Part shown: positions 56,156 through 64,000 of the stretch, piece after piece | Position numbering within the stretch: the stretch's first letter is position 1 | Layout: each line of letters opens with the position of its first letter | Source: an uncultured virus (IMG/VR IMGVR_UViG_3300042558_003703) | Taxonomy: Duplodnaviria; Heunggongvirae; Uroviricota; Caudoviricetes | Virus record (IMG/VR): IMGVR_UViG_3300042558_003703 | Length of the DNA stretch: 64,000 nt | Strand: one strand, 5' to 3' | Position numbers and translations under genes: made by a program | Notes under the pieces: model-generated | What the model saw: only the letters and a program-made list of their open reading frames with translations | Database searches by the model: none | Told to the model about the DNA's origin: nothing

Positions 56156-57259
56156 TTATAATGCTGGCAACTGATTGTAATCAAGCTCATCGCTCATAAC
56201 ACCAATCACATAATTAGTCGATTCAGTTTCTTGCAGAGCTGACTGTTTCTTGTGAATATCAGTATGCTTGTTGAACCAAGGAATTGGTGTACTGCGTGGT
56301 GCTGTGCCTTGATACTTGATACCGATCTGTTTGAGTGCGTCTACTGCAGTGTAGTCCACAAAGTCCATTAAGATATTGGCATTGAGACCAATCACTGGTC
56401 CTTTCTTAAATAGGTACACTGCCCATTCTTTTTCCTCACGAATAACATCGCGGTATATTTCATATACTTCAGCTTCGCATTCGGCTTTGACTCGAGCAAA
56501 GCGTGGGTCTTCTTTAACAACTTGATTAATTAAGAAAGCTGTCCAACCTTTATGCAACAGTTCGTCTTGTAAGATCAGGCTGATGATGTTGCCGTTGCCG
56601 ATAAAGATACGATTTTCAACCATAGCCAAACTGGTGGCAAATGAAACCATAAAGCGGAATGCTTCTAAGGCATAGCTGGCATGTAGTGCCAACCAAATTG
56701 CTTTAATGTGTGCATCTTCGCCAGCCATTTGCGGATCAATTTCTTTATAGCAATTGATCTTGTGCAGCTCGTCATAGTACTTGCCTACACTCGCTGCCAT
56801 ACCAACAATCTCTTCAGTGTCGTGGATTGTGTTGAACACATCCTTGGGCACGTTGTAGATGTTGCGGATAATATGACTGTAGCTGCGACTGTGAATGTTT
56901 GTTTCAAAAAAGCTCCAGTTATACATTAGAGCTTCTAACTCAGGCAAACTCACACAAGGTGTAAACACCTGTGCTGGGCCACGTCCTTGTAAACTGTCCA
57001 AGGCTGTCTGTCGTAACAAATTGCTGGTAAAGATGTGTTTAACAGCATCACTAGCATCCTTGAAGTCGCCGGCATCCTTGGTGAGACTGATCTCTTCAGG
57101 TACCCAATAGAATCCACGAGCTGTGGTTTCAAAGTTGGCAATCTTATTGTACTTTACTTCCTCAAAGCGTTGAATAGTGACCGGACCAGCTGGATCCAGA
57201 AACATCTTGCGATTTAGATAGTCTGTCTTTGTGTATAGATTATATTGCTGTTTTGACAT
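56156..57259 (-). CDS. nrdB: Class I ribonucleotide reductase beta subunit
   Basis: WVPEE, LDSLQGR, ETNIHSRSY, EAFRF.VSF, DELLH. Confidence 0.95.
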   Translation of the reverse strand: MSKQQYNLYTKTDYLNRKMFLDPAGPVTIQRFEEVKYNKIANFETTARGFYWVPEEISLTKDAGDFKDASDAVKHIFTSNLLRQTALDSLQGRGPAQVFTPCVSLPELEALMYNWSFFETNIHSRSYSHIIRNIYNVPKDVFNTIHDTEEIVGMAASVGKYYDELHKINCYKEIDPQMAGEDAHIKAIWLALHASYALEAFRFMVSFATSLAMVENRIFIGNGNIISLILQDELLHKGWTAFLINQVVKEDPRFARVKAECEAEVYEIYRDVIREEKEWAVYLFKKGPVIGLNANILMDFVDYTAVDALKQIGIKYQGTAPRSTPIPWFNKHTDIHKKQSALQETESTNYVIGVMSDELDYNQLPAL

Positions 57260-57276
57260 TTATTTTTTCTCTTTAC

Positions 57277-57936
57277 TCATTTATAATTACCCGACGCCAG
57301 CACAATCTTGCAAATGTGTTCAAGTCGTTCAATATGTTCGTAAGCACGCCACGGACTAGTATCAATTGCAACAACACCGTGGCCCTTGATACCAACGATG
57401 TCAAATGGTACGTTTCCATGTCTGTCTATCTGTAATTTTTCTAAAGTTTGATCAGCAAGTTCTTGACTGATGGGAGGCACATCACCTACGTTGGGTGCAA
57501 CTCGTGTGTAACGATTGAGTTCTGGAAATGCATTACTAATAGTGCTAAGATCTATCCCGGCATGCATGGCAGCAATGCAGTAGGTAGGATGAACGTGTAC
57601 AACTACACGAACATCATCCCGGTGCTGTCCCATTTCTTTCTGCAGACCAAAATGTAAGGGTATCTCTCCACTGGGAATTAAATTTTTACTTATGTCGGTG
57701 TACTCTAGATCACGCCACGAATAATTGTAAGCCTCAGAGCCAACTCCGCTGTTAATCCATTTTTCAATTTTGATTTTTTTAAACTGATCCGGCTGTAGAG
57801 TTTGTTTACGGACACCGCTGGGTGTGATGTAAAAGTGATCACGGTCGTGATGACGTATACTGACATTGCCATCACGACTGGTAATCCAATTACGCTTGTA
57901 AGCGTCTACCATTATGTCGCATATTGTTTCTAACAT
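57277..57936 (-). CDS. Class II aldolase/adducin family protein
   Basis: GNVS.R, ITPSG, PSGE..LH, HVHP, GHG. Confidence 0.9.
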   Translation of the reverse strand: MLETICDIMVDAYKRNWITSRDGNVSIRHHDRDHFYITPSGVRKQTLQPDQFKKIKIEKWINSGVGSEAYNYSWRDLEYTDISKNLIPSGEIPLHFGLQKEMGQHRDDVRVVVHVHPTYCIAAMHAGIDLSTISNAFPELNRYTRVAPNVGDVPPISQELADQTLEKLQIDRHGNVPFDIVGIKGHGVVAIDTSPWRAYEHIERLEHICKIVLASGNYK

Positions 57937-57938
57937 TA

Positions 57939-58505
57939 TTAGTTACCAGGTGGGTTCTGTATAGGCAAGCTGACAGGGTATTGCGCACAGGCGTCGGGAT
58001 TTCCTTGACCGGCTTCAGTTAAGAATGTAGTTGCTGCCGGAACTTGACCAGTAGGGCATGAACATACAGCTATACCGTCAGCACCTTTGACACAGTTCCA
58101 ACTAAAACAGTTGCTGGACTTGGCACCAAGATTCAAGCTGGCATCACACTTTTGCACCACTGCTCGCATGTCTTCGGGTTTCTTGCTGAATCCGCTGGCT
58201 TCTTGTGGATAATATACCTTAGGGGCAAACAAACTCCATACGTGTTTACTATCCGTTGGTGCGCAGGATCCTTTCATATTGCCTGCTGTGGTATCAGCAA
58301 TGGCATGACCATTGAGAATAGGACATCGACACACTACTTCTGGATAAGGAACACCATTGTTACCTGTGATTGTTTTACCTGTGGGCTTACAAGTGCTGGC
58401 CGCACACAAAGCATATTCACCGTTGCACACTGTAATACCAGCAGTATCTTTGGACTGCACACTAAATGTCACTGTTGCCAGTAGTACTAGTAATAATTTT
58501 TTCAT
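57939..58505 (-). CDS. Secreted Cys-rich hypothetical protein
   Basis: Signal peptide MKKLLLVLLA, about 12 Cys. Confidence 0.7.
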   Translation of the reverse strand: MKKLLLVLLATVTFSVQSKDTAGITVCNGEYALCAASTCKPTGKTITGNNGVPYPEVVCRCPILNGHAIADTTAGNMKGSCAPTDSKHVWSLFAPKVYYPQEASGFSKKPEDMRAVVQKCDASLNLGAKSSNCFSWNCVKGADGIAVCSCPTGQVPAATTFLTEAGQGNPDACAQYPVSLPIQNPPGN

Positions 58506-58517
58506 TTATATTTCCTT

Positions 58518-60836
58518 TTAAAGTTTACATGCCTCGCAGTCTTCTGCGTCGTCAAAGTCAATTGCTTCTAACATCGTTGGTACATCTTCTGCTGTAGCCT
58601 TGGATCCTTGTTTGTTGATTAGGCTGTAGTAGAATGTTTTCAATCCCCATACATGTGCCTGCATCAAGTTCTTTGCAATCAATGTAGTTGGTACTTTACG
58701 ATCTGCAAAGTGTGCTGGATTGTAAAAAGTGTTTGTTGAAATACTTTGATCAACATAAGCTGCTAACACTGCTGCGGTTTTTAGGTAACCATCGCAGTCT
58801 TGTTGTTCCCACATTAGTTGATACCGTGACTTCAGCTTTTGATATTCTGGTACTACCTGCACTAACGATCCTGCTTTTGATTCTTTAACTGTGATCAAGC
58901 TCATAGGCAACTCAATGCCGTTGGTTGAGTTAATAACAACTGAACTAGACTCCACAGGAGCAATGGCCATTTGTGTGGCATTGCGTACACCGTGTTCTTT
59001 CATTTGAGTACGTAGGGTTTCCCAATCGAGTTCAGGTGTAAAGTCAGCAAGTTCATTGACGCCTGTGGCACGTAGTTCCCAAGGAAATGTACCTTGGCCA
59101 TAGCGTGTTTTGTCACTGTGTAGACACGGACCACGTTCCCGAGCCAATTCAACTGTGGCTTCTGTTAGGTAGTATGCCTGATGCTCCATCCACGATTTGA
59201 CTTCGGCTAGTGCTTCTTTCTCGCCGTATTTTAATCCACGTTTGGCGTGCCAATATGCCAAGTTAGTGATACCAATGCCGATGGGACGTATTTCGTCATT
59301 GCTTAACTTACTTTGTACGCTTAAGAAATCTTGGTAATCCAAAATGTTGTTTAAGCTACGATGTAGGATACGTGCAGCTCGGCGCATGTCTTCGGGATTA
59401 CGAAATGCACCCCAGTTCAGCGAACCCAAGGTACACAGCGCAATACGCCCGTTGTCGTCATCTAAGCGTTGGAACGGTACTGTAGGCAATAGAATCTCAC
59501 AGCACAGGTTGCTCTGGAAGATTGTGTGGAACTCAGGATCAAAAGGGCCTTGACTCTGTACATTGTCAATAAACACAAGATAGATACGGCCAGTGTCTGT
59601 TCGTTCTTTAAGTAGTCCTGACTTAAACACTTCTTCGGCGCTGATTGTTTTCTTACGCAGGTCTTTGCGTTTTTCGTATTTTACATAAAGTTCTTCAAAC
59701 CTTGCAGTGTTGCTGTAAAAAGCTTGATGCAGATCAGGAACTTCATTGGGATCAAAGAATGTTATGTTTTCTTTGTTCTTAAAACGTCTCCAAAAGAAAG
59801 CACTCAGTACAACACCGTAGTCCATGAAGCGAACGCGAGTTTCTTCAGTGCCTTGATTGTTTTTTAGTACAATAAGATCATCGAACTGATAATGCCATAT
59901 GGGATAGAACACTGTGGCTGATGCATTGCGAATACCGCCTTGCGAACAACTACGCAGATCGCCAAACCATTTCTTTAAGAATGGTATCATGCCGGTGTGT
60001 TGTATTTCGCCGCCGCGAATAGGTGCACCAAGTGGGCGTAAGCGGCCAATCTCTAATCCAATACCAGCACGTTTGGCCGCATACTTGGCCATCATTTCTC
60101 CAGATGCAAAGATTGAATCAAGATTGTCATCACTGCGAATCAATACACAACTGCTAAATTGTTTTGTTGGAGTACCCAAGCCTGCCAGCACAGGAGTAGC
60201 AAGAGTAAACAACCCGTCGCTGGCTGCATTGTAATATTCTTTGATATAGCGCATGCGAGCTGTGTTGGGTTCTTCGCCGTGGAATACTGTGGCTGCAGCA
60301 ACCATGTAACGCACTTGTGGTGTTTCGTATGTTTCTTTAGTGGTACGATTACGTACCAAATACTTTTCGATTAACTGTTCGATAGCAGCATAACCATACT
60401 GCTCGTCCTTGTCGTGATCGATCATACTGTCCATACGAGTCCAGTCTTCTTCGGTGTACCATATCAGCAGTTCTGGAGTATAAACACCAGTAGCTACATT
60501 CTTGCATACAATTTCATACAAGTTTGGGGGTACATAGTACCCATATACATCTTTACGCAGCATTGACAAACGTTGCTTGCCTGCTACATATTGATAGTTG
60601 GTATGGCCCACATCAGGATTTGATTCTACATCAATTAAATCAACTATGGCACGTAAAGTGATTTCGTCAATTTCTTTAGTAGTAATGCCATCGTAAAAGT
60701 GCGGCTGGCTTTTGATTTCTATCATCGATTGACTTACATCTGCTATGCCACTGCAGACTTTGGTAATTTGCGTTTGCCATTTATCGATATTTAATGGCTC
60801 ACGATTACCGTTTCTTTTTTGTACTTGAATTGTCAT
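58518..60836 (-). CDS. nrdA: Class Ia ribonucleotide reductase alpha subunit
   Basis: ATP cone, SSC, SNLCCEI, LKTFYY, C-terminal CEAC. Confidence 0.97.
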   Translation of the reverse strand: MTIQVQKRNGNREPLNIDKWQTQITKVCSGIADVSQSMIEIKSQPHFYDGITTKEIDEITLRAIVDLIDVESNPDVGHTNYQYVAGKQRLSMLRKDVYGYYVPPNLYEIVCKNVATGVYTPELLIWYTEEDWTRMDSMIDHDKDEQYGYAAIEQLIEKYLVRNRTTKETYETPQVRYMVAAATVFHGEEPNTARMRYIKEYYNAASDGLFTLATPVLAGLGTPTKQFSSCVLIRSDDNLDSIFASGEMMAKYAAKRAGIGLEIGRLRPLGAPIRGGEIQHTGMIPFLKKWFGDLRSCSQGGIRNASATVFYPIWHYQFDDLIVLKNNQGTEETRVRFMDYGVVLSAFFWRRFKNKENITFFDPNEVPDLHQAFYSNTARFEELYVKYEKRKDLRKKTISAEEVFKSGLLKERTDTGRIYLVFIDNVQSQGPFDPEFHTIFQSNLCCEILLPTVPFQRLDDDNGRIALCTLGSLNWGAFRNPEDMRRAARILHRSLNNILDYQDFLSVQSKLSNDEIRPIGIGITNLAYWHAKRGLKYGEKEALAEVKSWMEHQAYYLTEATVELARERGPCLHSDKTRYGQGTFPWELRATGVNELADFTPELDWETLRTQMKEHGVRNATQMAIAPVESSSVVINSTNGIELPMSLITVKESKAGSLVQVVPEYQKLKSRYQLMWEQQDCDGYLKTAAVLAAYVDQSISTNTFYNPAHFADRKVPTTLIAKNLMQAHVWGLKTFYYSLINKQGSKATAEDVPTMLEAIDFDDAEDCEACKL

Positions 60837-60843
60837 TTGTCGC

Positions 60844-61272
60844 TTATTGTAAAAAACTTTCTAATTCAGAACTGTCGATCGTGTTCTTAACAGTGGTTAT
60901 TGGTGTTGAGTGGGTATTTAACATCTCTCCGGGTGCCCAATTCAATATATATTTCCCATCGTCGACCAGGACTAAATTGTCTTCTTTGATTTGTATTATT
61001 TTTAAATTTGTGTAGTTGAGATTTTCCGTTAGCATTATAGTATACACTATTCCTAATGCTCGTGCAAGATCACAATAGCCGTTGTTGGTTAAAAGTTTCC
61101 AGGGATCGGGCCAATTTAAACGATCGGGCCAGGTAATGGTTTTATTCACTATAGGTGCACAGAACCACCAATTGTTTATGGCCAGTAGTTGTGCTGATAG
61201 ATCAAGTGGCTGGATGGTGTGCCTAAGACGCACCCAGTCGGCAAATCTGTCTTCGTAGAAGGTTTCCCACAT
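60844..61272 (-). CDS. Hypothetical protein (transglutaminase-like pattern)
   Basis: WPDPW...GYCD.ARALG..YT...YILN. Confidence 0.6.
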   Translation of the reverse strand: MWETFYEDRFADWVRLRHTIQPLDLSAQLLAINNWWFCAPIVNKTITWPDRLNWPDPWKLLTNNGYCDLARALGIVYTIMLTENLNYTNLKIIQIKEDNLVLVDDGKYILNWAPGEMLNTHSTPITTVKNTIDSSELESFLQ

Positions 61273-62856
61273 TTAGGCCAAGTGTGATATCGAGTAAGTT
61301 AAAATTCCATCGGACCCAGTCGAAGTAGTGGTATAAGCTATCACCACCGATGTGCCTCCTGCTGAGACTCCTAGCGTTACTCCAGTGGGAAGATTCTCTG
61401 TGTAATCGTCGGTGTAGGCAGGTGTGGGAGTGGCAAGATCTGCTGCCACGGTGATTGTGCCAGTCCTGATAGCACCCAGTCTACCAATAGTGTAGTCAAA
61501 TCTAAATGCCTTGGTTTGACTGCTATTAACTGTAACTACATCTTGATTTACCGAATTATCAAAAAGATCAACTGTGTGACCGCTTTCTCTGACATATCGG
61601 CCCAGTTGATTCACAGCAGTGGTGTCACTAACATACTGCCCTGTTATGAGAATGCGGCGGGTAATCAATGCTTCAGCATCGTTACGTTCAAACATGTCAC
61701 TGAGTGACACATTGTTATCAGTAGCAAATGTAATAATTGGATAGACCGGATTTCCAGTATAACCTTCAGCCACGTCGTAAAATGTATTGTATGCTGATAC
61801 ATTAAGATCTGAATCAGAAATTAAAATACCTTCACGAAAAACCAAATCAAACATGTTCTGTACAATACGGAATCCTGTGGGTCCTCCCAAGATTGTAGTT
61901 CCAGCACCCAACACAACTCCTTGATACAAGGTATCAAATTTTCCATTGCTGATAGTAACTGCTTGTACCTGCTGATCTGTTTCGAATGCGTATTTCATAC
62001 CACTGAAGCGGCACTTGTCAAAAGTAATTTGATTACAGATCAAGGTCGGAGTACTGGCAAATCTCACACAAGATATTTCTGGCGGCGACGGCGTATTGCT
62101 ACTAATCGCTTCTTGGGTCAACGGACCAATAAAATTCACACTGTCAAAATAGCACTGTGCCGCATCTTCAACTAGGAAAATATCTGTTTCTTCCTGTGAC
62201 TGAAAAGTTATGGAACTGATTTCAATGTTTCTGGGAGCTGTGGCACCGTTGCTGGTAATGTTGGCACCAACTTGCTGTTTGCTGTCACCAAATCTGGCCA
62301 CATACGCACTCAAGCTGCTGATGTCAGAACTGGTGTCCAAGAATATAATACTACAGTCAGCACCTTCGCCCACTAGTTTTGCAAAAGTGGGAATAATAAT
62401 ACTTTCAGTGACGCGATAAGTTCCAGCTGGAAAGTACAAGCTACGTCTAACAGCAGTGTTGCTGGCCACACAATACAGCTGAAACAGTGCGCGGTTAATG
62501 GCTTCAGTATCGTCTACTAATCCGTCGCCGACAGCACCAAAATCCCGAACGCTGGCAAAATCATCCAGCTTGGCTTGTACTGTGCGTACAACTGGGTCAC
62601 TAGCAGTAGGTCCAGTTTGTGCAGCATAACCAACTGCTATGTCAGAATAAGTGTAGTTGCTGAGTGCAGTAATATCAGAAAATTCAGTTAGAATTTCTGT
62701 GTTGCCAATTACCGGCGCACCTTCTTGTAAGGTGCCGTTTCCAATAAAAAGTCTGCGACTGTCTACCGCCCATCCCAGTTCTGCACCAGCCAACTGTGGC
62801 AAGTTTTCTGTGAGACCTTTACGGTTGGTAATTCTGGAGATTTGAACAATGGCCAT
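61273..62856 (-). CDS. Tail fibre/spike protein with a pectate-lyase-like beta helix
   Basis: LAGAELGW..D..RLFIGNG head; SVRDFGAVGDG..DDTEAINRA...YFPAGTY. Confidence 0.8.
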   Translation of the reverse strand: MAIVQISRITNRKGLTENLPQLAGAELGWAVDSRRLFIGNGTLQEGAPVIGNTEILTEFSDITALSNYTYSDIAVGYAAQTGPTASDPVVRTVQAKLDDFASVRDFGAVGDGLVDDTEAINRALFQLYCVASNTAVRRSLYFPAGTYRVTESIIIPTFAKLVGEGADCSIIFLDTSSDISSLSAYVARFGDSKQQVGANITSNGATAPRNIEISSITFQSQEETDIFLVEDAAQCYFDSVNFIGPLTQEAISSNTPSPPEISCVRFASTPTLICNQITFDKCRFSGMKYAFETDQQVQAVTISNGKFDTLYQGVVLGAGTTILGGPTGFRIVQNMFDLVFREGILISDSDLNVSAYNTFYDVAEGYTGNPVYPIITFATDNNVSLSDMFERNDAEALITRRILITGQYVSDTTAVNQLGRYVRESGHTVDLFDNSVNQDVVTVNSSQTKAFRFDYTIGRLGAIRTGTITVAADLATPTPAYTDDYTENLPTGVTLGVSAGGTSVVIAYTTTSTGSDGILTYSISHLA

Positions 62857-62882
62857 TAGCGTATACCTATTTGATTAGGTAT

Positions 62883-63593
62883 TTATGCTGATAGGTAGTA
62901 GAGCTCTACACGTTTAATCCATTCGTTTTTCCAGTGTGCAAACTCGTCTCCTGCAACTACAAATTCTAAATATTGGGGAGTTGTGTAGGTTTGATCTTCT
63001 AATAACTTAGGCTGTACAGCCATTAAAATAACGCCTTGGTTAATTTCAGTACCGGTCATTTCGTCGTGTGCCAATGCATAAGCTGCCAACTGTAGGAAGT
63101 AGTCCTCAATCCATTCACGCTTTTTAACCTTGTTGCTTTGCTTAAAGTCCATAATAGCAGGCTTGCCGTTCCATAGCCCCACACAGTCTGTAGTACCTGC
63201 ATACAAGCCGCTATAATAAACAGGAACTTCTACACCCCAGAACTCATCAACTTGATTAAGTCCGTTAAGAATAATTTGTGCAGCCATAAACCAACTTGGA
63301 TGTGCAAATGGGTTACTAGGCAATGGTTTTAAATCATCCATCATCACGTATGTTTCTAAGTAGCTGTGCATACGTGTACCACGATTAGCAGCTTCTGTGG
63401 TAATTTGCTGTGCTTGATGTTCGCCTACACGCTTTTTCCAGTTAGCTAAAGCTTCGCGACTTTCTTGGCTTTTAGTTTTGTCCAGGATTGTTGTAACACT
63501 GGGAACTTTCTTACCGTTTGGTAAACAGTAATGTCTTTTGCCGTCAATGGTTTCTCGTGCCAGGGGAGTATAATCGTATCGTTGTGTTATCAT
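62883..63593 (-). CDS. PD-(D/E)XK exonuclease
   Basis: PSVTTIL, RGT.MH, E, AGTTD, DFKQS, QLAAY. Confidence 0.9.
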   Translation of the reverse strand: MITQRYDYTPLARETIDGKRHYCLPNGKKVPSVTTILDKTKSQESREALANWKKRVGEHQAQQITTEAANRGTRMHSYLETYVMMDDLKPLPSNPFAHPSWFMAAQIILNGLNQVDEFWGVEVPVYYSGLYAGTTDCVGLWNGKPAIMDFKQSNKVKKREWIEDYFLQLAAYALAHDEMTGTEINQGVILMAVQPKLLEDQTYTTPQYLEFVVAGDEFAHWKNEWIKRVELYYLSA

Positions 63594-64000
63594 AAGTGGT
63601 CTTGTATATTTTTTAATATATTTTTCTCTAGCTGCTTAGACTGTAGAATTTGTTGGTTATGTCGTAATTGCTCTTTGTTGGATTGCCAGATGTCTTCTAT
63701 GTTGTAATACAATTTATCCAATAAATCTATGGTTAATCGTGTCCTTTCTCTCCACTTAACAACAGAATCAATAGCAGACAAATCCATACCTGTATAACTA
63801 ATATCTAATTCCATGTTTGCCATTGAAGAAATAAAATTAACACACGATACAGGAAAAATTAAGGTGCCTGTTGCAATACACTTAAATGTTTTTTCGGTAG
63901 GACAAAAACGTTCGTAGCTACTTTCTGTACAGATATTACTATAGCAGTCAGTATATGCCGGAGTGTTGGCACTATGACAGATTGTCCATTGATAGTTTGA
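63590..64000 (-). CDS. 3' part of a glycosyltransferase-like TEK-family gene (5' end outside the window)
   Basis: Frame open to the window edge: ICTES..RFCPTEKTFKCIA, similar to 33967-35244. Confidence 0.55.
   Translation of the reverse strand, partial: SNYQWTICHSANTPAYTDCYSNICTESSYERFCPTEKTFKCIATGTLIFPVSCVNFISSMANMELDISYTGMDLSAIDSVVKWRERTRLTIDLLDKLYYNIEDIWQSNKEQLRHNQQILQSKQLEKNILKNIQDHL

Noticed and set aside
58518..60836. Intron or intein in nrdA
   Set aside because: Continuous 772-aa ORF of normal length with no splice motifs seen.
6503..62845. Numerous short plus-strand ORFs opposite recognised minus-strand genes
   Set aside because: Fully antisense to well-supported genes, with no recognisable motifs.
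61273..62856. DGR target because of the Mtd-like N-terminus
   Set aside because: No reverse transcriptase or TR/VR repeat pair is visible in the window.
62883..63593. Cas4
   Set aside because: Lacks the four-Cys Fe-S motif and CRISPR context; an ordinary phage PD-(D/E)XK exonuclease.

Overview
A 64-kb segment of a large, gene-dense, T4-like/jumbo tailed phage genome, mostly coded on the minus strand. Cargo genes (Bug/TctC, a phasin-like gene, ErpA, 7Fe ferredoxin) suggest a freshwater proteobacterial, possibly Burkholderiales, host; this is inference. Structural genes: a >2,100-aa collagen-like fibre running off the left edge, a PAAR protein and a beta-helix tail protein. Nucleotide and DNA genes: nrdA, nrdB, glutaredoxin, ATP-dependent ligase, UvsE, a PD-(D/E)XK exonuclease. 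Host-like cargo: SOD, ErpA, IF-1, bS21, a bL12-CTD protein, two ClpP, ClpX, ClpS, Hsp20 with a ROSE-like leader, heme oxygenase plus a PcyX-type bilin reductase, DadA, and sugar/amidino-modification clusters. Many small early ORFs are driven by a repeated sigma70 promoter cassette. The most striking feature is an otherwise intact 7Fe ferredoxin gene carrying an exact 6-nt insertion with an in-frame amber stop (CCT-TAG-CTT). It lies directly downstream of a free-standing homing endonuclease, its 5' UTR is complementary to the insertion site, and a ferredoxin-like remnant sits on the far side of the endonuclease. This is a candidate minimal ribosomal-bypass plus homing-endonuclease cassette analogous to T4 mobA/gene 60. 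All calls come from motif recognition by eye; no searches were run.
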